DNA of 64,000 bases, taken from Gammaproteobacteria bacterium. GTDB taxonomy: Bacteria; Pseudomonadota; Gammaproteobacteria; JBCCGL01. The notes beneath the pieces are model-generated. The model was not told where the DNA came from, made no database searches, and worked only from the letters and a program-made list of their open reading frames with translations. Shown one piece after another: positions 59,101 to 64,000 of the stretch. The stretch spans positions 3,136,001 to 3,200,000 of the forward strand of contig OZ255836.1 of the NCBI GenBank assembly GCA_965277715.1, read 5' to 3'. Every line of letters begins with the position of its first letter. Within the stretch, counting starts at the first letter, position 1. The position numbers and the translations under genes were made by a program.

Positions 59101-59242
59101 CATCCAGGTCAATTTCAAGGCCTGCGTTAAAGCCGTAAGTGCCGCTGCTCGCCGCTGCCTTGCCCAAATGTGTGGCGGTGCCGACACACAGGCAAGCCAA
59201 TAAAACAATCAACAGGTTATGACAAACAAGAGAAAGACGCAT
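56156..59242 (-). CDS. polymorphic toxin B: signal peptide, hemagglutinin repeats, degenerate peptidase-like region, TNT-like C-terminal domain
   Basis: FHA-2-like repeats, LDTRLL, VVNNRQFH, ACAAVNCAQGVP, C-terminal GQFLTP/LALPP/VLEGVVAPQ/PGQGWQ. Confidence 0.8.
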   Translation of the reverse strand: MRLSLVCHNLLIVLLACLCVGTATHLGKAAASSGTYGFNAGLEIDLDVLEEQLSEAQQRSVASTLSAGNTITINANNTATVQGSHLQAGEGITIDSQDLNVLASQDLSTRETSTEHRNVNIAIDLYGGSGGGVNLSSDSASSSRREITQTNASLLANNITINTRDTTQIKGADVAAGDTLSLNTQTLHVASVQNSTKDRSQSQGFSAGFSSSGINSAGLSNARARSVIKNTVDTQLLGETVDITVAEATTLRGATIAAVDEDGNDNQQLTLVTNTLEVGSLNNTVEARSTSASVGVGQTVSLDYSNDNQHSKTKTLGTVGEGEVVLGDAENSNTRLLNRDIDDNEVAIYDIESHQGLSGSLDTRLLTEAGREGIRNDFVDSAELGQDLARAAETLSENDALNLLDFFEVAQNNTVGTQLKNDLLRNPENAAILEKLLSGDGELYAQGMVEVGHLAQEKFGVSLSEINLYDGTTTTSASLGDNLLLDRRGGTVADESHDQYGDLFVDANGESKTDLLTTLGHELIENRTLQEGEANDAGQEVVADAFGEQLSGRLNQAAGGDLDSTGGTEFRETLITSNAVTQGTVRANAVGNAVVNNRQFHTREAQTLVQARANISARADLSAEEQQTMRAQLDAVACAAVNCAQGVPEDDAHYEQLATLQALGEELQSQGATLEGMLGSVVPADQFEYGLGDRVQDGVDANGEIIHRTGGAINAGIGTVGTVVGAGATIATSPLCTTVVGCAAPVGTAALTGLAAAQAVDGAVTLFGDYTSVQGQRVLDSFTTESHQGDQSVFVDGAVSLGLWAAETAVINKVAKIIPEDVKDRAVDLVTGRGRVGGDVAPSRDVDLPGESERQIARIEFPNGGHVNGTLVNPPNAPEAPTPRYEVTPDQAADYLRQTGVPEGNISGIVESFDGPIYIRQAQPGEIFGIYSGGSTNPASGQFLTPGTAGQVPSQVVDNLALPPNNPATYLNVGTVNQPVHVLEGVVAPQNWTGLNPLPGQGWQTFAPGGTTYGTNPPVTLGETLSQP

Positions 59243-59404
59243 AAACAGAGTGTAACGATTGGTGAGTATTTGGCGAGTAGTTTTTCTTTTCGGTAGGAAT
59301 TTACAAATATCGTTAGCGCGACCAGTGGGCCAAGTTTATCAACCGATCAATATAATACTTGCCCTTAATTTTTCTTTTGAATGCAATTAAATATACCTGA
59401 CCCC
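59243..59404 (-). repeat. conserved toxin leader, copy 3
   Basis: near-identical to the other three leaders. Confidence 0.9.
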
Positions 59405-59490
59405 TTTTATTGCTTCTATGAGATGATGTACCAGATTGAAAGTCAGTTGAATAGTGAATAACTGACCTGACCCCTTTTTTCCTTTTTTTT

Positions 59491-59756
59491 CCGGCTTGCA
59501 GGTGACTGCCCTGCACTGTAGCGGTGTTGTTGGCATTGATGGTAATCGTGTTACCCGCACTCAACGTCGAGGCGACTGAACGCTGCTGGGCTTCACTCAG
59601 TTGTTCTTCCAGTACATCCAGGTCAATTTCAAGACCTGCGTTAAAACCGTAAGTGCCGCTGCTCGCCGCTGCCTTGCCCAAATGTGCGGCGGTGCCGACA
59701 CACAGGCAAGCCAATAGAACAATCAACAGGTTATGACAAACAAGAGAAAGACGCAT
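59491..59756 (-). pseudogene. truncated toxin cassette 2 (first ~88 codons only)
   Basis: same N-terminus, ends at GSHLQAG at the TGACCCC-T junction (59468-59490). Confidence 0.85.
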
Positions 59757-59918
59757 AAACAGAGTGTAACGATTGGTGAGTATTTGGCGAGTAGTTTTTC
59801 TTTTCGGTGGGAATTTACAAATATCGTTAGCGCGACCAGTGGGCCAAGTTTATCAACCGATCAATATAATACTTGCCTCTAATTTTTCTTTTGAATGCAA
59901 TTAAATATACCTGACCCC
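59757..59918 (-). repeat. conserved toxin leader, copy 2
   Basis: near-identical to the other three leaders. Confidence 0.9.
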
Positions 59919-60041
59919 TTTTGTTAAGGAAGTGCCATTCTGCCTTGACCTCTTTTTTTGAATAGTGAATAACTGGCCTGACCCCTTTTCTTTGCTTGAC
60001 TCTTCTACTTCTACTTTTTTCCGTTTAATGTGGAACGTTGG

Positions 60042-60356
60042 TCAAAGGTCTCTTTCTTCAAAATGATCAGACATCGTTTTCAGATAATCCATGCAAGCAT
60101 TAAAATCAGGTTGGAAATCAGCAGTGGTTCTAACTTCACCTTTGTCACTCAAAACTAAAGCAGACTTACGTAAACTGGCATTTTTTGGAATCTCGATCTC
60201 TGGATTTCGGAAAAACATCCACGCTCGCCCATGATTCAAACATTTACTTTGAAGCAGCGCCTGCCCTTCTTTTAGAAAAAACGACCACTCAATTGCTCCA
60301 GCATTTACAGCAAGTGAAACAATTTCTTCATACGTTAATTTTGAATTTTTCATCAT
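60042..60356 (-). CDS. putative immunity protein for toxin A
   Basis: 104 aa, AT-rich, ATGA overlap with the toxin stop; AWMFFRN motif reminiscent of Imm35/YrhB-like proteins. Confidence 0.7.
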   Translation of the reverse strand: MMKNSKLTYEEIVSLAVNAGAIEWSFFLKEGQALLQSKCLNHGRAWMFFRNPEIEIPKNASLRKSALVLSDKGEVRTTADFQPDFNACMDYLKTMSDHFEERDL

Positions 60357-63247
60357 GGATAACCCGGTATCACAGTCAAATTAGGTTGTAAGTCAACGAT
60401 ACTACCCAACTGAGGATCAACATAATGGACCGTACCACCCCTGTTCACGCCAACAATCACATGCTCAACGCCACCACTTTGTTGAATACGGACCACAGCC
60501 ACTGCACCATCACCTTGCCCTAAAAGAGTGTTGGTAACACTTGACGGCGTAGTAGCTCTACTAAACCCCCATGGTGCTGATGGAAGCAAATCATTTGGAG
60601 TGCCATAGCCAGCGGATGGTGCAGCAACTGCGTTTGGGTTTCTTCCTGTTAAGCGATCAACAGTAGCATTTACACCTGCACTTGCGCCATCAACATAATG
60701 CGGATTCACACCAGCTAGTTCAGGAAACTCATCGGTCATTGGCCGTGTACTGCCGTAAATTCTATCAACAGCACTGCCACAACGTCCACCCGCACAACTA
60801 TTTGTAGCTACTCCACTTGCAGCATTACCCGCCTCAACCTCAACCTCAACATCCGTACCCGTATCCGCAGTATTACTTACATTTTGATCATTCCCTAGAC
60901 CATCCACTTGAGCAACCTGACCATCACCCTCAAGATTAGTGCTACTATTATCCCTCGGTATATCTAGATCCGGTCCATTTGGAGCATCTGGACCATCACC
61001 CAATCCCCTCAATACACGGTCCAGCTTACCCAATCCCACTATACCTGCAAGGTATGCCCCGTAATTCTCACCCTCTTCAAACGAACCCGATAAACCACCA
61101 TTATCCAGTGTGGCAATCTCTTCCATTGCTTCATTTATTTCTTTACCAGCATTGTCTAAGCTTGTCCTTATCTGTTCCTTTTCTTCTTCCGTAACCGGGC
61201 TGCCCTCATAGATCTCGTGCAAGCGATTTAACGCACCACCCAGTTCGCTTACTACCCGTTCTGCCTCCTCTGGGTCTTCTATTAATTCGTTGATTTGATC
61301 AACTAGCGCAACCACATCTTCTATTGTCTGCTCAACCGCACCTGATGCCATTCCCAACATTTCTGCTGCACCTTGGACTGCGCTGACTGTGTAATAGAAC
61401 TGATTCGTCACCATCTCACAAGACCTTCCATCGCACGCTTCAAGATCCTCTCGCTGTTCCGCTTCCTGGGTGGGTGTCAGACGGTTATCACCCTCATCTT
61501 TATCCAATCCTTCAAACTCTGCATTGTTTTCAGCTACACGCTCACTCGTTTCAGTCCCTACACGGTTATTCTCGCTCGCCAACCCTCCTTCGTAACCATT
61601 TACCTCCAGCGCAAACTCCGTGTATTCCGCCAGGTTTTCACCGTAATTGTCCGCATAGCTTTCATTGTCCTGCGTATTATCAAGGTCTACTTCTTCCGAT
61701 TGCCTGTCTATCGCATGTGAGGTCTCGTGGCCCGCTGTGGTGATTAGTTCTTCGGTATTCTCTATGTGTTGATCATTGATATACGCATGACCCGTTTCAT
61801 CTGAGTAGTAACCTTGCACCGCCTCACCGTCCCGGCCTGCCACATCAGTATTGACTAGCCTGTTTTCGTGGCTTTCGTAGCCCAGCTCGGCCATCACCGA
61901 TGAGGTAATCTGGTTGAGCAGTTGTTCTTTCTCTGCCGGGTTTAGATTCGGGTTTTGCAGTGCATTGGCCAATGCAGGGGTGTTGGCTATTTCAGTCTTT
62001 ACCGCCTCGTAGGTGCGATGGGCTTTATCTGTTTCACTGAAAAAGTCTTCAACTCCTACGCGCTCTGTCGTGGCGATCAGTTCGATGGTATTGACGATCA
62101 TTTCCGATTTAAGAATATCCTCGGCAATCGCCGTTCTTCCTCTTTCTGTCAACAACCGCGTATCCAACGACCCACTCAACCCCTGGTGCGATTCAATGTC
62201 ATAAATCGCTACTTCGTTGTCGTCTATATCCCGGTTTAACAGCCGTGTGTTCGAGTTTTCTGCATCACCGAGAACGATTTCACCCTCGCCCACTGTTCCC
62301 AGGGTTTTGGTTTTGCTGTGTTGATTGTCATTGCTGTAGTCCAGGCTGACGGTCTGCCCAACACCCACACTCGCCGAGGTCGAGCGCGCTTCTACTGTGT
62401 TGTTCAGGCTGCCCACTTCCAGGGTGTTGGTAACTAGCGTCAGTTGTTGGTTGTCATTACCGTCTTCATCCACGGCAGCTATCGTTGCCCCTCGCAATGT
62501 CGTCGCTTCCGCCACGGTGATGTCGACTGTTTCACCCAGCAATTGGGTGTCTACGGTGTTTTTGATCACCGACCGCGCCCTGGCGTTGCTTAGCCCCGCT
62601 GAGTTGATGCCACTGCTGCTAAACCCCGCACTAGCCCCCTGGGATTGACTGCGGTCTTTGGTGCTGTTTTGCACCGAGGCCACATGCAGGGTTTGGGTGT
62701 TCAGGCTCAGGGTGTCGCCCGCCGCTATATCCGCACCTTTGATCTGCGTGGTATCTCTTGTGTTTATCGTAATGTTATTGGCCAGCAGGGAGGCGTTGGT
62801 TTGCGTGATCTCACGGCGGCTGCTACTGGCGCTGTCACTGCTCAGGTTGACACCACCCCCACTGCCCCCGTACAGGTCGATCGAGATATTGACGTTTCTA
62901 TGCTCAGTGCTGGTTTCCCGCGTTGAAAGATCCTGGGAGGCGAGGACGTTTAAGTCCTGACTGTCGATGGTGATACCTTCACCGGCTTGCAGGTGGCTAC
63001 CCTGTATCGTGGCGGTGTTGTTGGCATTGATGGTAATCGTGTTACCTGCACTCAATGTCGAGGCCACTGAACGCTGCTGGGCTTCACTCAGTTGTTCTTC
63101 CAGTACATCCAGGTCAATTTCAAGACCTGCGTTAAAACCGTAAGTGCCGCTGCTCGCCGCTGCCTTGCCCAAATGTGCGGCGGTGCCGACACACAGGCAA
63201 GCCAATAGAACAATCAACAGGTTATGACAAACAAGAGAAAGACGCAT
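60353..63247 (-). CDS. polymorphic toxin A: signal peptide, hemagglutinin repeats, HExxH domain, papain-like (Tox-PL) tip
   Basis: FHA-2-like repeats, LDTRLL, GHETSH, C-terminal GVNP...DRLTG...EHV...GTVHYVDPQLG. Confidence 0.8.
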   Translation of the reverse strand: MRLSLVCHNLLIVLLACLCVGTAAHLGKAAASSGTYGFNAGLEIDLDVLEEQLSEAQQRSVASTLSAGNTITINANNTATIQGSHLQAGEGITIDSQDLNVLASQDLSTRETSTEHRNVNISIDLYGGSGGGVNLSSDSASSSRREITQTNASLLANNITINTRDTTQIKGADIAAGDTLSLNTQTLHVASVQNSTKDRSQSQGASAGFSSSGINSAGLSNARARSVIKNTVDTQLLGETVDITVAEATTLRGATIAAVDEDGNDNQQLTLVTNTLEVGSLNNTVEARSTSASVGVGQTVSLDYSNDNQHSKTKTLGTVGEGEIVLGDAENSNTRLLNRDIDDNEVAIYDIESHQGLSGSLDTRLLTERGRTAIAEDILKSEMIVNTIELIATTERVGVEDFFSETDKAHRTYEAVKTEIANTPALANALQNPNLNPAEKEQLLNQITSSVMAELGYESHENRLVNTDVAGRDGEAVQGYYSDETGHAYINDQHIENTEELITTAGHETSHAIDRQSEEVDLDNTQDNESYADNYGENLAEYTEFALEVNGYEGGLASENNRVGTETSERVAENNAEFEGLDKDEGDNRLTPTQEAEQREDLEACDGRSCEMVTNQFYYTVSAVQGAAEMLGMASGAVEQTIEDVVALVDQINELIEDPEEAERVVSELGGALNRLHEIYEGSPVTEEEKEQIRTSLDNAGKEINEAMEEIATLDNGGLSGSFEEGENYGAYLAGIVGLGKLDRVLRGLGDGPDAPNGPDLDIPRDNSSTNLEGDGQVAQVDGLGNDQNVSNTADTGTDVEVEVEAGNAASGVATNSCAGGRCGSAVDRIYGSTRPMTDEFPELAGVNPHYVDGASAGVNATVDRLTGRNPNAVAAPSAGYGTPNDLLPSAPWGFSRATTPSSVTNTLLGQGDGAVAVVRIQQSGGVEHVIVGVNRGGTVHYVDPQLGSIVDLQPNLTVIPGYP

Positions 63248-63409
63248 AAACAGAGTGTAACGATTGGTGAGTATTTGGCGAGTAGTTTTTCTTTTCGGTA
63301 GGAATTTACAAATATCGTTAGCGCGACCAGTGGGCCAAGTTTATCAACCGATCAATATAATACTTGCCCCTAATTTTTCTTTTGAATGCAATTAAATATA
63401 CCTGACCCC
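63248..63409 (-). repeat. conserved toxin leader, copy 1
   Basis: near-identical to the other three leaders. Confidence 0.9.
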
Positions 63410-63493
63410 TTTTGTTAAGGAAGTGCCATTCTGCCTTGACCTCTTTTTTTTAATAGTGAATAACTGGCCTGACCCCTTTTTGGACCCCTTTTT

Positions 63494-64000
63494 GATTATG
63501 TGACGCTCATCAATGATATCGATGGAGGGCGAGTATTGGATGTAGTGAAAGTGAAAGATCGCACCCAGGCAGCGTGTGAGGAGGCGTTGGAGGTTGCGCT
63601 GACGGATAACCAGCGAGAACAGGTGAAAGCTGTCGCTATTGATAGGTGGCCTGCGTTCATTAATGCCGTTGAGGTAAAACTGTCAGACAGTGCGATTGTT
63701 CACGACCGTTTTCCTATTAGCCAACACCTGAATAAGGCGGTGGATCAGGTCCGTCGTGACGAACATAGAGACCTTTTGTCACAGGGTGATACTCGATTGA
63801 AAAAGAGTCGTTATCACTGGTTAAAAAATGAAGAAAATTTGTCTAACAAAGCAGCCGAGCACTTTGAGTCACTCAAGCATGATCAGTTATTGACAGCCCG
63901 AGCCTGGGCGATAAAAGAACTGTTTCGTGATTTTTGGACGTATAAGACAGCGGGTTGGGCAAAGCGTTTCTTTAGCGCATGGTATGCGTGGGCAATTCGG
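63494..64000 (+). mobile_element. 5'-truncated ISL3-family transposase (runs off the window)
   Basis: manual translation DYVTLINDIDGGRVLDV...VKAVAIDRWPAF...IVHDRFPISQHLNKAVDQVRRDE...LKKSRYHWLKN...TARAWAIKE; begins directly after GACCCCTTTTT. Confidence 0.85.

Noticed and set aside
54101-62960. Recurrent plus-strand ORFs (83, 93-102 and 100 aa) in three copies
   Set aside because: Antisense shadows of the repeated toxin constant region.
53900-63247. Diversity-generating retroelement (TR/VR) interpretation of the toxin repeats
   Set aside because: No reverse transcriptase in the window; differences between copies are mostly synonymous and not visibly adenine-specific.
53900-63409. Pure assembly artefact
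   Set aside because: Copies differ by scattered SNPs and have distinct junctions and tips. A partial misassembly cannot be excluded without reads.
53664-63493. CRISPR interpretation of the repeated TGACCCC motif
   Set aside because: The repeat is only about 7-13 nt, spacing ranges from ~12 bp to >3 kb, intervening segments recur, and there are no cas genes.

Overview
Chromosomal window from a gammaproteobacterium that contains the replication origin. 1-49.2 kb is mostly housekeeping: leuA, an aldehyde dehydrogenase, mnmE-yidC-yidD-rnpA-rpmH / dnaA-oriC-dnaN-recF(2 parS)-gyrB, prlC, ubiD, a type IV minor-pilin cluster (fimT-pilVWX-pilY1-pilE), a partial cobalamin cluster, purH, sulP, msrA, yceI/cytochrome b561, a binding protein plus PAS-GGDEF-EAL pair, typA, gloA, asmA, mutY, yggX and tRNA-Phe. 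A lone attC-like site with an antitoxin remnant lies between cobJ and purH. Downstream of tRNA-Phe is an accessory island: a duplicated, interrupted tRNA 3' end, an IetA/IetS-like ATPase-subtilase pair, then about 10 kb (53.66-64 kb) holding the most unusual structure in the window. This is a minus-strand array of four near-identical 'leader + signal peptide + hemagglutinin-repeat' genes: two complete with different toxin tips and immunity genes, and two truncated. It is mixed with IS4, ISL3 and dehydrogenase fragments. Nearly every junction in the array carries the same motif, TGACCCC-T(n) (AAAAGGGGTCAGG on the minus strand). The segments have one fixed end at the motif and one variable end, which suggests a one-ended, motif-driven cassette capture/shuffling system for polymorphic toxins whose enzyme is not in this window. 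All calls come from reading the sequence and ORF translations by eye; no database searches were run.
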